Part shown: one piece after another, positions 35,085 through 44,709 of the stretch
Position numbering within the stretch: position 1 is the stretch's first letter
Layout: each line of letters starts with the position of its first letter
Virus record (IMG/VR): IMGVR_UViG_3300037484_000573
Span: 1 to 48,769 of that record
DNA: 48,769 nucleotides
Source: a virus
Lineage: Duplodnaviria > Caudoviricetes
Reading direction: 5' to 3' (one strand)
Notes under the pieces: generated by a model
The model's input: only the letters and a program-made list of their open reading frames with translations
Told to the model about the DNA's origin: nothing
The model's database searches: none
Program-made: the position numbers and the translations under genes

Positions 35085-36274
35085 TGTCTACCCATCTTAC
35101 CACCACGCCCCATTGCCATTTTTTTGACAATGCGCCACGCCTCCAATGCGCCTTTTGAGTACAAGTCCCAGGGCATCGAGGCCGCTTCTGGCGTCAATGG
35201 GTCAATATTCGCTCTATCACTTGCCCACATCTGCTGTGCTTTGTCACAAAAGTTACAAGGGGGTTCAGGTAACAGAACGTTAGTCAACTTGACGATAGCC
35301 CGTTCCAGGTTGGCATCCATTCGGCAATTTCTATCAAGTGGCAATCCAGCCCGATAATTAACACATACGCTTTCAGGGGGTAAATAGCAATCTAGTGGGG
35401 TAGTGTATTCATTGTTACCTGTCGCCGGTCTAGGACGAAAAAAGCCATGCCGCAAGTCGGTAGATTGAGCGCATCCCGTTTGTGTTCTATGAGCGCATGG
35501 GGCTTCTGTACATTGGCAAGTCCTGTCCCACTTGAGAGTAACCGGCAAAACGGTATTAACTGACCGGCAATAAACATCAACCGCCGTAACAAGATTACCC
35601 AAATCCCAATCTATTTTCCAGCGATTGTTATCACCCCCACCCCAGCTATTTTGTTCAGTGAGTAACCATAAATTCGGCTTGACAAATAGAGATGAATCGG
35701 CAGTAATCCGCATTGATGAGCCGTCAATATCCACCTTAATAGGGCGAATTTCCCAACGTGAATCCCCGGCATCTTCCGCCCCATCAACTACCCGAAAAAA
35801 CACAGCAACATCACAAGGGCGAGTACAGGCCGGTAAATCCTCATAAATTAACCCGCCGATTTGAGCTATCTCTTGACGCTCTAAGGGGTCATGGTCTAAG
35901 TCCAGATAGGTAACAGTCGCATTGGTTTGAACCAGGGTGAGTTTCTCGTAGCCATAAGCCTCAACATAGCCATAATTCGTCTTTAACTCTGCGTTCTGCC
36001 AATCCCACCTTACACCGGTTAAGCCTTCGAGTTGCAATTCATCAGTAACAAAAGTAGGAGAGGGTTGATAACCCAACTCGATAGCTATCATTTCCTCTGC
36101 TTGGGCCATTGTCCATGCCAGAGCATCACGGGCATCCTGATCCCACACTTCATCACAACCATCAGTCATAGGCGCTTTTTGCCCCCACATTTGATTAAAA
36201 TGCGTTGACCTAATCATCATGAATTTGGCCCATTGGTCAATAGGCAATTGTGTTACCGTATTAGACCGGCCCAC
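35081..36274 (-). CDS. putative virion head-tail joining protein, Cys-rich
   Basis: AEEMIAIELGY..P and VNYRAGLP..LERAIVKL resemble adaptor proteins; position upstream of neck and tail genes. Confidence 0.5.
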   Translation of the reverse strand: MGRSNTVTQLPIDQWAKFMMIRSTHFNQMWGQKAPMTDGCDEVWDQDARDALAWTMAQAEEMIAIELGYQPSPTFVTDELQLEGLTGVRWDWQNAELKTNYGYVEAYGYEKLTLVQTNATVTYLDLDHDPLERQEIAQIGGLIYEDLPACTRPCDVAVFFRVVDGAEDAGDSRWEIRPIKVDIDGSSMRITADSSLFVKPNLWLLTEQNSWGGGDNNRWKIDWDLGNLVTAVDVYCRSVNTVLPVTLKWDRTCQCTEAPCAHRTQTGCAQSTDLRHGFFRPRPATGNNEYTTPLDCYLPPESVCVNYRAGLPLDRNCRMDANLERAIVKLTNVLLPEPPCNFCDKAQQMWASDRANIDPLTPEAASMPWDLYSKGALEAWRIVKKMAMGRGGKMGRQ

Positions 36275-37389
36275 TATACCCCCGCTGCTATTGGGTCAAG
36301 TTGCAAAATCTCAGCTAGTTCGGGTTGCCCACCTTGATATGCTTCTGGACTAATCTCGGTTTTTAGTGGCGCTTGTACATGCCCATTTGGAGCGCCTACT
36401 CCAATCTTGAAATCAAGCCCACGCCCAGCTTGCCGGAATTGGCTAATATCATTGACATGGACTTCCAACTTATGGCCCGGCCCGTTGACATTGTAGCTGA
36501 TATTGGTAAACCTACCCACTACACCAAAACCCGCTTCACGCTGCCCACTGTACTCAACCCATACCTTTTCATTATTGGCATATTGGTCAAGTGTACTAGG
36601 GCTTGATTCATACCGTTGTGTAAATGTTTCAGGGGGAACATAAGTAGAACCCCCACCGCCACAGCATCCCACTGGAAGCCTCCCTTCATAAGCACTTTTG
36701 TGCTTATTATAAATAAGTTGTTTCATTTCAGGTTCACGCCGATTTACTTCGCGTAATTGGAGTGAACGGTTATTCTCATGCCGCCGATAGTGCAAAACTA
36801 CCTCATTAAGTTTCTGTCCACAGAAGCCAGCTAACCCACAACTAATCCAGTATTCAACATCCTCTAACCCCGCTTCTAAATCTACTTTCCAACCCCCCGC
36901 CCGTACATGCGCTTCAATCGAGTGCATTGAGGTGACTGTCATAATCCCTTCGGGGTCAAGGGACTTTTTGAAGTCGTACTCAGGCAGGCTCAACTCTTTA
37001 CCTAATTGCCATTCGCCATTTTGTTTAGTTAGTCGCCGCAAGTTACCATAAATCACTTTTGTTTTATCCCTGCGCCAGGTAGTAAACATAGTACCTAATG
37101 TTGACATATCGGCTAACATGTCATCAGCATCAAGGGGCAACAGGCAATCATAACGAGCTAAAGCAACTGCTGTATTGCGACAGGTACTTGGGCCGGACTT
37201 GTGAGTTGTGCGAAATTGTCGGATTTTATCAGAAGGATTAGCAAGGGTGATACCCATAGGTGAGGCGTCGTCAATTAACAGAAGTTCCCAATCTTCAAAT
37301 AGTTGGGATTGCACTGAGGCAATGGCTTCATTAAGCCATTCAAGTTTCTCGATAGTATCTATATAGGCCGGGGTTATGATTGAAATCAT
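36274..37389 (-). CDS. GT2 glycosyltransferase with C-terminal extension
   Basis: ISIITPAY, LLIDDAS, GPSTCRN, PLDADD, LEDVEYW, YRRH; then GCCGGGG and ~125 aa extra. Confidence 0.9.
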   Translation of the reverse strand: MISIITPAYIDTIEKLEWLNEAIASVQSQLFEDWELLLIDDASPMGITLANPSDKIRQFRTTHKSGPSTCRNTAVALARYDCLLPLDADDMLADMSTLGTMFTTWRRDKTKVIYGNLRRLTKQNGEWQLGKELSLPEYDFKKSLDPEGIMTVTSMHSIEAHVRAGGWKVDLEAGLEDVEYWISCGLAGFCGQKLNEVVLHYRRHENNRSLQLREVNRREPEMKQLIYNKHKSAYEGRLPVGCCGGGGSTYVPPETFTQRYESSPSTLDQYANNEKVWVEYSGQREAGFGVVGRFTNISYNVNGPGHKLEVHVNDISQFRQAGRGLDFKIGVGAPNGHVQAPLKTEISPEAYQGGQPELAEILQLDPIAAGV

Positions 37390-37404
37390 TTAATTTCCTC
37401 TGAT

Positions 37405-37641
37405 AAACAAAAAGGCATATCTAAACTAGATATGCCTGCTAAGGTAAAAACCGCTAAAGGCTTTTATAGGCACCTTATCTACCCGTTATTCCATCGCGCT
37501 CGGAGCTGCTGGCTCACAGGAAGCGACGGGAGGAGGTTGCCAAGCCCCCTTTATTTTATAATATTTGATTAAACTTATCCCGCACATGTCATTCATTGTA
37601 CGATAAATGAGTGTATCGGGCATCTAATCAAATAGTTATAA
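37405..37641 (-). ncRNA. structured intergenic region ending in a terminator-like hairpin
   Basis: Hairpin 37556-37641, nested stems 37455-37553, stem 37413-37437 plus T-run. Confidence 0.4.
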
Positions 37642-38577
37642 TCATTTATTTTGATACCAGCTTATGGTTTGCCTTAAGCCATCTTTCAAACTTACTTCTG
37701 GTAGCCAACCCAACTCTTTCGCTGTCCAGATACGTAAACCGCGCCGGGGTTGCCCATCCGGTTTGTCGCTGTTGTACTTGATTTTACCTTTATAGCCGGT
37801 TAGCTCTTTGAGATGCTCAACAATAATTGCTATTCTAACCTCATTACCGCTGCCCAAATTAACCGGTTCTGGTCTGTCGTATTTCTCAGCTAAGAGCATT
37901 ATACCACGAATTGCATCAGAAATAAATAGGAAGTCTCTTGATGCGTTGCCAGTTCCCCAAATCTCAACCGTATCAAGGTTATCTCGTCTGGCGTCAATGA
38001 ACTTTTTAATCAATGCCGGGATAACGTGCGATTGTAGGGGGTTAAAATTATCCCCTGGCCCGTAGAGGTTAGTTGGCAACAGGTAGATGCCATTTAAGCC
38101 GAAATCTTTACGGGCAAGTTGCAGGTGCAGCAGGGCCATACGTTTTGCTAGGCCGTAAGGTGCGTTTGTTTCCTCTGGAAAACCGTCCCAGATAGTACGC
38201 TCATCAAATGGAACTGTGGTGTATTTGGGATAAGCGCAAACCGTACCAATCTGGACAAACTTCCCCACGTTACCATTTTTGGCATGGTGGATAAGGTTGG
38301 TACAAATTTGCAGGTTGTCATAGTAGAGATCATAGCCGTGCTGCTGATTGTAGCCAATGCCACCGACGTTGGCCGCGAGGTTAAATAACACGTCAATTTT
38401 GCCAACATCTCTAAACATTGCCGCTGTGTCATCGTAGCGCCGGAAGTCGTAAACAAGTGAGCTTGGGTTAATCGGGATGCAACCGAGTTCATTAAGCTTA
38501 GCTGTAAGGTGAGTGCCGAGAAATCCAGATCCGCCGGTTATCAAGATAGTTTTATCTTGCCAGAAGTTAATACTCAT
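37642..38577 (-). CDS. fcl: GDP-L-fucose synthase
   Basis: TGGSGFLG, LAANVGGI, CAYP, YGLAK, NLYGPGDNF, SHVIPALI, WGTGNASRDFL, KPDGQPRR. Confidence 0.9.
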   Translation of the reverse strand: MSINFWQDKTILITGGSGFLGTHLTAKLNELGCIPINPSSLVYDFRRYDDTAAMFRDVGKIDVLFNLAANVGGIGYNQQHGYDLYYDNLQICTNLIHHAKNGNVGKFVQIGTVCAYPKYTTVPFDERTIWDGFPEETNAPYGLAKRMALLHLQLARKDFGLNGIYLLPTNLYGPGDNFNPLQSHVIPALIKKFIDARRDNLDTVEIWGTGNASRDFLFISDAIRGIMLLAEKYDRPEPVNLGSGNEVRIAIIVEHLKELTGYKGKIKYNSDKPDGQPRRGLRIWTAKELGWLPEVSLKDGLRQTISWYQNK

Positions 38578-38845
38578 AAGCCTCTTTTATTTTAATACCC
38601 AGTGACAAAATGTTATCTGGCCCTTTTGGAAATGGCATCCAATGGGTGACTCCGTAAACAGCATGTCCATAAATATCAAACCATAGTCCTCTTGTTCCAT
38701 CGTATATTTTGTTGCTATACCACCCAAAATACCCCCCGCTATCACTATCTGGCATTTGTTTTTCTACCCAAAATAAAACAGGTATATTATCAAATTCCGG
38801 TAGTTCATCTTCTATTGAAATCCATTCATTGTCTACCATCGCCAA
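38567..38845 (-). CDS. DUF551-family protein
   Basis: WISIEDELP...VTHWMPFPKGP. Confidence 0.75.
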   Translation of the reverse strand: MAMVDNEWISIEDELPEFDNIPVLFWVEKQMPDSDSGGYFGWYSNKIYDGTRGLWFDIYGHAVYGVTHWMPFPKGPDNILSLGIKIKEAYEY

Positions 38846-40593
38846 TTGTCCTCTGCTTTCTGTGGCTCAATCATCGCCAATAACTCGCTCGCTCGTGCCT
38901 CAAATGAGTGCTCCCTCAAAGCTAATCGCTCACCAGCAAGGGCTATAGCCGCCCGTTCTTTTTCGTGGTTTAGGTAGTATTTAATCTTCTTTTCCAACTC
39001 GCTAAAATCTTTCCAGATAATACACGTCTCACCGTCAACTAGTCCTAGCTTGTCCATGTCCCTAAACCACTGATGAGCCATAGCGCATCCACCGGCGGCT
39101 AGAATTTGGAATACCCGATTAGAGACAAATCCTGTATCGGGCCACTGGCTATCGCCTATTCCAATTTTGGCGGCACGATAGATTTTGCAACCCTCGGAAA
39201 AGTTATACATAGTTTGGCCTTGACTCCACTCAGCAGGCCAGCCGTTACCGTATAGGCCAAAAGAGAGGTTAAGACTTTTGAGCTTTTTAACCAACACTTG
39301 ACGCGCCGGTGAATAACCGCTTGCCAAAAAGACAACATCAAAAGGCATGCCACCCTCATAACCAACCCCATCAGGCTCATAACCAATTTGCCAGTAACCA
39401 GCATTAACGTCCATTGCCTTTTGCTTTTCAATAGCATCTCGGTTTACCCCCAATTGTAGATCAAAAGCCTTTGCCAATTTAATGCCATCTTCGCTCAACA
39501 AATTCTCAGGCCAAAAGTCACCATTCCAATTGATAAAGCGGGTTTTAGGATTATCCTGCTTAAGCCGGGCAATATCAGCCGCATTAATTTGCTCACCATT
39601 ATGGAGTTGGCTTAAGAAGATAGTAGGCTGAATTTTAGCCATCAATTCTTCTATCTCACCAAGCATACCAATTTCACCTAATTTTGCATATTGCTCTAAA
39701 TAATCATACTCAACCGTTAGCGCAACTTTAGCTAATGCCTCTCTTAACCCCCGCTTTTGTTCCTTTTGAATAGCCCATCCTTGCTCATAAATGGGTAGAT
39801 ACAAGACGCGCTCTTTAGCCACAATGGGATTGGTCAACATTGGGTAAGGCCGGATAATTGGCCCGACAGGTGAGCCGGGTAAGTCGAAGTGCTTCCACTT
39901 GCGCCCCCAAGTCCAGCTATCAGGGTGATGCCCCCCTACGGCACGAGGGTCTTTGCCCCCGGTTATATTGTTGACCTTGCGTAAGTCATCCTGTACTTCA
40001 TGGTCACTAATCTTTGCCCCCGGTATAGGTGATACTTGAAAGCCTAGCTCATACATCTGGGCCGATAACTCATTGTCACCCCCATAAGTATGCCCACCCC
40101 AGTCGCCCCACCAGCCCACTTTGTCACCTAGCCACTTGGGAACAATGCACACTTGACCGTAAGGCCGGTGTACTTGCTTGCCTTCATAAACACAAGGCAT
40201 CTGCTCTACATGCCAATCCTGCCCATTGCGGTTTTGATAAAAGCACCCCACGCCACAATCAGGGTTTGATTGCATATAGGTATAAGCGAGTAGGATGCTA
40301 TCGGTTACAAATTCAATATCATCATTAGCCAAAATGATGTAATCGGCTTGTGCTGCGTAACTTGCATCATTGAAAGCGCGAATAGCCCCAAGTAATTGAC
40401 CGTGCTGGATTAAATTTATATCAGGTTGACTCAAGCACCATTCAATAGTGCCATCCTGACTCCCGCCGTCTGTAAGCCAAAAGGCTAAACTAAGCCCAAA
40501 AATACCCTCAACCGAGGCACGGGCCGATTCTATCATACGCTGTAGGCTGTCTATGCGGTTGTAAGTGCCAGATACTACCGAGATGTCAGTCAC
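38833..40593 (-). CDS. two-domain glycosyltransferase (GT2 plus CgeB-like GT-B)
   Basis: N-half SVVSGTYNR, DGGSQDGT, ANDDI, YGGDNEL; C-half DVVFLAS, YGNGW, SNRVFQILAAGG, IKYYL..ER..IA..G...HSF..R. Confidence 0.85.
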   Translation of the reverse strand: MTDISVVSGTYNRIDSLQRMIESARASVEGIFGLSLAFWLTDGGSQDGTIEWCLSQPDINLIQHGQLLGAIRAFNDASYAAQADYIILANDDIEFVTDSILLAYTYMQSNPDCGVGCFYQNRNGQDWHVEQMPCVYEGKQVHRPYGQVCIVPKWLGDKVGWWGDWGGHTYGGDNELSAQMYELGFQVSPIPGAKISDHEVQDDLRKVNNITGGKDPRAVGGHHPDSWTWGRKWKHFDLPGSPVGPIIRPYPMLTNPIVAKERVLYLPIYEQGWAIQKEQKRGLREALAKVALTVEYDYLEQYAKLGEIGMLGEIEELMAKIQPTIFLSQLHNGEQINAADIARLKQDNPKTRFINWNGDFWPENLLSEDGIKLAKAFDLQLGVNRDAIEKQKAMDVNAGYWQIGYEPDGVGYEGGMPFDVVFLASGYSPARQVLVKKLKSLNLSFGLYGNGWPAEWSQGQTMYNFSEGCKIYRAAKIGIGDSQWPDTGFVSNRVFQILAAGGCAMAHQWFRDMDKLGLVDGETCIIWKDFSELEKKIKYYLNHEKERAAIALAGERLALREHSFEARASELLAMIEPQKAEDNWRW

Positions 40594-40771
40594 AATTATT
40601 CTCGTGATAGTTTATGTAAGCCTGTTGTCTTACTTTGGATTGTTTTAACCACTTGCCCATTGCTTTTGTAGCTATCTTATCTAACTTTTCCCACTTATCT
40701 CTTAATACCTGTTCTTTTTTACGGGCATCCAAAAACGCTTGTTCGAGTTGGCCGCAATTTACGCCGTCCAT
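40586..40771 (-). CDS. hypothetical protein
   Basis: Overlapping small ORF in operon. Confidence 0.5.
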   Translation of the reverse strand: MDGVNCGQLEQAFLDARKKEQVLRDKWEKLDKIATKAMGKWLKQSKVRQQAYINYHENNCD

Positions 40772-41319
40772 ATCACCCCGAATCCCCCGCCATTTTCAGC
40801 CCCGGTATGTAGCTCATCAAGCCGCAGTTTGGGCGACGGTAACTCAGCCCATGCTTTATCCATTCCCGGTCTGAATAGGTCATCAAAACAGACAACCGCT
40901 TTACTTGCCAGATACGGACGCCACGCCTCGTATTCCATCATTGTCTGCTCATAGGTATGGGTCGTATCAACGAATAAAATCCCCACATCCCCATATAACC
41001 GATGTATCTCTTTAGCCGCCAGAACGCTGTCACCTAACCAATAATGGAAATTCATAAAGTTTTGGCGAATATAACGGATATTATCCGGGTGGTCATCGGC
41101 GTTATCAATTCCCACTACACGCCCGCCTGAATAACCCCGGCATAGGTGAAGTGAGCCACCGCCACCGCAAACACCAAGCTCGATTGATAACGAGGGATGC
41201 AACTCAGCGGCAAGGTGCATTAGGAAACGGTAGTAAGGGGAAGGGGGGAACATTGTCTCAGGGAATGGTTTATCAGCCAGTGCTTTGTTAGCCAAGACGC
41301 GAAAGGTGTATTCGTTCAT
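40759..41319 (-). CDS. class I SAM methyltransferase (Methyltransf_24-like)
   Basis: PYYRFL, IELGVCGGGGS, GDS, LFVDTTHTY, CFDD. Confidence 0.85.
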   Translation of the reverse strand: MNEYTFRVLANKALADKPFPETMFPPSPYYRFLMHLAAELHPSLSIELGVCGGGGSLHLCRGYSGGRVVGIDNADDHPDNIRYIRQNFMNFHYWLGDSVLAAKEIHRLYGDVGILFVDTTHTYEQTMMEYEAWRPYLASKAVVCFDDLFRPGMDKAWAELPSPKLRLDELHTGAENGGGFGVIWTA

Positions 41320-41570
41320 AATATTCCCGCCATTCCTTTTAATATAGCCTTTTCCATCTCATCTTTATCAAGTATGCCACATAATGAAACGGCTTGTTTA
41401 ATAAAGTCCAGACTATAGGAATGTGACTTATAAAATTCCCAAACATCTTGACTTGTAGTTTTCGTTATCACCGCTATTTCATCTACTTTTAATTGTGTAG
41501 ATATGGCATTATCTATCATGGGTGATGAGGGAAGGAAAGTGGGGAAGATAATTCTGGGGAGTTTATTCAT
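41316..41570 (-). CDS. hypothetical protein
   Basis: Overlapping small ORF in operon. Confidence 0.5.
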   Translation of the reverse strand: MNKLPRIIFPTFLPSSPMIDNAISTQLKVDEIAVITKTTSQDVWEFYKSHSYSLDFIKQAVSLCGILDKDEMEKAILKGMAGIL

Positions 41571-42153
41571 AATCCGCTTTACTCCTGTTGATAAATATCG
41601 TTGTTTCCCACTTGTAATCCAGTATCGGCCCGTAGCCCATCATTGTGACCTTCTCCCAACCCGTCTCATAGTTACCGAACATTGCCTCGGTTTGTTTGAG
41701 GTAATACGGTCTATCGCCGGTGTTGTCAAGTACGATGCACCCGCCCGGTGCAACATGGTTAAAGGCGTGATGCAGGCAACTGACGCGGGCCATACCATCA
41801 ATAAGAATAAGGTCAAACAAGCCGTATTCATCAATAACCGAGGCATACTTTTTGAAGTTGACATCACCCAAGTTAGTCGAGCCGGATTTGTAGTGTAAGG
41901 GATTAGCTTTATCAGGGCCAATTTCACCCCTTTCATGAGGTATAAAATGATAGGCACTAAGTATCTTTTCTTTAGCTAATGTATCTATCATCTTGTCGTA
42001 AAAGTTACCATCATGCTCTACTGAAACTAATAGCGCATTTAACTCATTAGTAAAAAATAAGGTACTCTCCCCACTTCCCCACTCGAATACACGCTTGGGG
42101 TTAAGCTGTTTGATGTAATCAGTTACGAGGTAGGGAAGCCAGGGTTTATTCAT
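41563..42153 (-). CDS. class I SAM methyltransferase-like protein
   Basis: PWLPY, VFEWGSGESTLFF, SVEHD, LILIDGMAR, GGCIVLDN; start placed at MNKPWLP. Confidence 0.8.
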   Translation of the reverse strand: MNKPWLPYLVTDYIKQLNPKRVFEWGSGESTLFFTNELNALLVSVEHDGNFYDKMIDTLAKEKILSAYHFIPHERGEIGPDKANPLHYKSGSTNLGDVNFKKYASVIDEYGLFDLILIDGMARVSCLHHAFNHVAPGGCIVLDNTGDRPYYLKQTEAMFGNYETGWEKVTMMGYGPILDYKWETTIFINRSKADYE

Positions 42154-42745
42154 GGAGTAAAACAATGCCTTGAGTATTCCCCCGATGTAGTACATCCTTA
42201 AACAACCTTTTATCTCCTGGTAATCCATTAAAATACTGAACCATTCCTTTTCCGGGAGGGTCCACTAGCGGGTCAAAGAAGTCAGATGTAATGTCATCAC
42301 AAATCCAGATAGCTTCATCGGCTAACCATTTTGAATATGTATTCCACTCCATCTTACTCGCCAAATAATGATGACTACTATCCTGATAAACAATGCCTAT
42401 TTTCCCATACAGGGCTACAATTGCACCAACCGCTGCCCATGTATCAGATGATAATGAATCACCATCAATAAAATGATAATTGCTTTTTGCCCTATAACCC
42501 GGTTGATGAAAGTCAATACCAATAACTTGGCCGCCATATCCAACGGCTGCATTAGTCATATAGAGCGAGGCCATGCCGCTTTCTACTCCAATTTCCAACG
42601 CAGTGAACGGTTCACGCCAATTCATCAGGTGATATAAAAAGCGGTAGTAATTGCGCCGTTCAGGATTTTTTAGCGGGTCTACCTCGTTTGGTAGAGGCCG
42701 GTTTGATAGTTTGATTAGTCTCTCTATTTGCTTCCACATTGTCAT
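42146..42745 (-). CDS. class I SAM methyltransferase (Methyltransf_24-like)
   Basis: NYYRFL, LEIGVESGMAS, GDS, QDSSHHY, ICDDI. Confidence 0.85.
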   Translation of the reverse strand: MTMWKQIERLIKLSNRPLPNEVDPLKNPERRNYYRFLYHLMNWREPFTALEIGVESGMASLYMTNAAVGYGGQVIGIDFHQPGYRAKSNYHFIDGDSLSSDTWAAVGAIVALYGKIGIVYQDSSHHYLASKMEWNTYSKWLADEAIWICDDITSDFFDPLVDPPGKGMVQYFNGLPGDKRLFKDVLHRGNTQGIVLLHE

Positions 42746-43500
42746 AGATATGCCAAATACTTTGGATTGTATTCTCCGAATAGTTCAAGGTACTGCCCTT
42801 GCAATTCAACTATCCTTGAATAATTACCTTTTCTTTTTGACCACATCATAGCAACTGCTAGACTATTTTTCTTGTTATGTTCATTTGTTTTGGGCTTGCC
42901 CTTTGTGGCTTCTCTCATTTTTTGTACCCAACTTTCAGATAGCGTTTTACCCTTATTGGGACTTACCATTCCGATATGCCCCAAACTCATTTTCTTTTTA
43001 GTTTCCTCAGTTACGGAAGGTTTATTTCTCGCGCTAATGCTCATATTTTTTCTGTGTTCAAGTGTAATCTTGTCGCCCCCACCATAAAAGGGATGTTTCT
43101 CGCCATTGTGTTTTCCTTTATTTGCCTGACTTATTCTGTCCTTAGCTTCCTGACTAAGAGATTTTCCAAATCTTGGATTATTCTTGCCTGCACTAGCGCC
43201 CATCCCCCCGTCTGCCATATTCGTTAAGTTGATACCTCTTTTTCTGGCAGTGCTTATGTATTCTTTTTCAACCTCTTGCCAGTTATCCTCTGAGCATTTG
43301 CCGATAGTTATTAGGGTTGGTTTAAGATTGTTTGATAATAACTGTCTAATCCATCTTTCCTTGTGCGGATTATGACCACAATAACCTTTAGCCTCTTGTA
43401 TATGTTTCTCTAATCGCACCTCTGGGTTAACAGTTTTACCAATGTATCTCAGTTCTGAGGTTCTAGGATCGTAAAGCCCATAAATATAAACGACTTCCAT
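42742..43500 (-). CDS. GIY-YIG homing endonuclease with NUMOD3 repeats
   Basis: YIYGL.DPR...RYIGKT...RL..H, LTN..DGG, then repeated 'S.E.K.K.S' motifs. Confidence 0.88.
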   Translation of the reverse strand: MEVVYIYGLYDPRTSELRYIGKTVNPEVRLEKHIQEAKGYCGHNPHKERWIRQLLSNNLKPTLITIGKCSEDNWQEVEKEYISTARKRGINLTNMADGGMGASAGKNNPRFGKSLSQEAKDRISQANKGKHNGEKHPFYGGGDKITLEHRKNMSISARNKPSVTEETKKKMSLGHIGMVSPNKGKTLSESWVQKMREATKGKPKTNEHNKKNSLAVAMMWSKRKGNYSRIVELQGQYLELFGEYNPKYLAYL

Positions 43501-43665
43501 TTGGCGTCCTTTTGAGGAATAAAAAGCCCTGTATCAATCTACCCATTGCAGGACGCCAATCTTGCACATCAGGCAAACGATACAGGGCTTGATAACTAAT
43601 TTGATTAGTCCATAACTGCAAGATTGGCGTATAGGTATTATACCACATTTAGGCAGATACTCCAA
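43501..43665 (-). promoter_or_regulatory. promoter plus C4/CI-like antisense leader
   Basis: TTGGAG-17-TATAAT (43665-43637); 12-bp stem 43524-43535/43579-43590; inner loop complementary to 43617-43630 and 43501-43510. Confidence 0.65.
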
Positions 43666-44326
43666 TCTTTTTAGGTCTTCCCATCTTCTTTTTGGTAGGT
43701 TCTTTCGAGTTCACCAAAACGAATCCCATTGGAATTTCTTTATGAAGCCCCTCGGTAGATAGGTATTTAGGCTCTGGTAATTCATCCCAAAACTTAAGCA
43801 TACCATCGAAATTATAGCCAGCCGTAATGTCATCGCAGATTACTAAAGCTGGACTATCTAGCAAGGGTGAATATAAATCCCATTCAAGTTTGGCATATTT
43901 ATAATCGTGCCAAGCGTCTATGAAAAGAATCGAGATGGGTTGATTTAGTGCCTTAATTGGCTCTACTGCGTCCCAACTCCACATTTGCAAAAACGACATA
44001 TTTGGCAAATGAGCAACGGCCTCGTTGAGAGAGGCTAAACCGGCGTGATCTGAATCCTTGTGAATGTCAACACATACCACTTGCCCTTCCGGGTTGCCTA
44101 CTGCGAAATGGGCGGAGCTATCACCGCGCCAGCAACCAAGCTCAACAGTCAGGCGGGGTTTAAGCGTTTGGGCAATGAGGTAAAATAGCCGGTAGTAAGG
44201 TTGGGTATGCCCGACAATACCTATTTGCTCATTGTAACGAGCGTCAAGCCAGGCATTACCGGTGGGTTTCTCTTGGAGAGCAATGTCAATTAGAAGTTTG
44301 ATGTCTTGCAGGGTAAAGTTATTCAT
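43649..44326 (-). CDS. class I SAM methyltransferase (Methyltransf_24-like)
   Basis: PYYRLF, VELGCWRGDSS, LFIDAWHDY, ICDDI. Confidence 0.85.
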   Translation of the reverse strand: MNNFTLQDIKLLIDIALQEKPTGNAWLDARYNEQIGIVGHTQPYYRLFYLIAQTLKPRLTVELGCWRGDSSAHFAVGNPEGQVVCVDIHKDSDHAGLASLNEAVAHLPNMSFLQMWSWDAVEPIKALNQPISILFIDAWHDYKYAKLEWDLYSPLLDSPALVICDDITAGYNFDGMLKFWDELPEPKYLSTEGLHKEIPMGFVLVNSKEPTKKKMGRPKKIGVSA

Positions 44327-44709
44327 TTATTAGCCATCCCCCACAACCATGCCTGCACCCCCGATATAGCCATCAGGAGCATAAATAAATCAGTTACCGT
44401 CATTGGGTAAATTACGAATAGGAACAGGGGAATTGATAGCCAAACGCCTAAACAGTAGGGACATTCTAATGCCTCTGCTAACGAGTGCCATTTGTCATAG
44501 TACCTATCATCAATTGCAAGAGGCTTATTTTTATAATCAATCTTGTCTACTACTCCGGCTTCATACCACGCCTTATCCTTTGCCCAATAGCGCACACGCT
44601 TAAACAGGAATAGAGGGCCGTCATCACGAGCGATTAGGCGGGCTAGGCGGTAACAGGTAAAGATAGCCAGAGTGAGCCGGATTAAAAAATCAGGGTCCGA
44701 TAGGTTCAT
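44323..44709 (-). CDS. DUF1360-like membrane protein
   Basis: YRLARLIARDDGP...LECPYCLGVW plus TM helices. Confidence 0.7.
   Translation of the reverse strand: MNLSDPDFLIRLTLAIFTCYRLARLIARDDGPLFLFKRVRYWAKDKAWYEAGVVDKIDYKNKPLAIDDRYYDKWHSLAEALECPYCLGVWLSIPLFLFVIYPMTVTDLFMLLMAISGVQAWLWGMANK

Noticed and set aside
37520-37553. CCTCCTCCCG (minus strand) as an HDV-like ribozyme loop
   Set aside because: P3 and P1 partners could not be placed in the required order.
43463-43648. 61-aa minus-strand ORF upstream of the GIY-YIG gene
   Set aside because: It starts within the predicted promoter and spans the structured leader; better explained as regulatory sequence.
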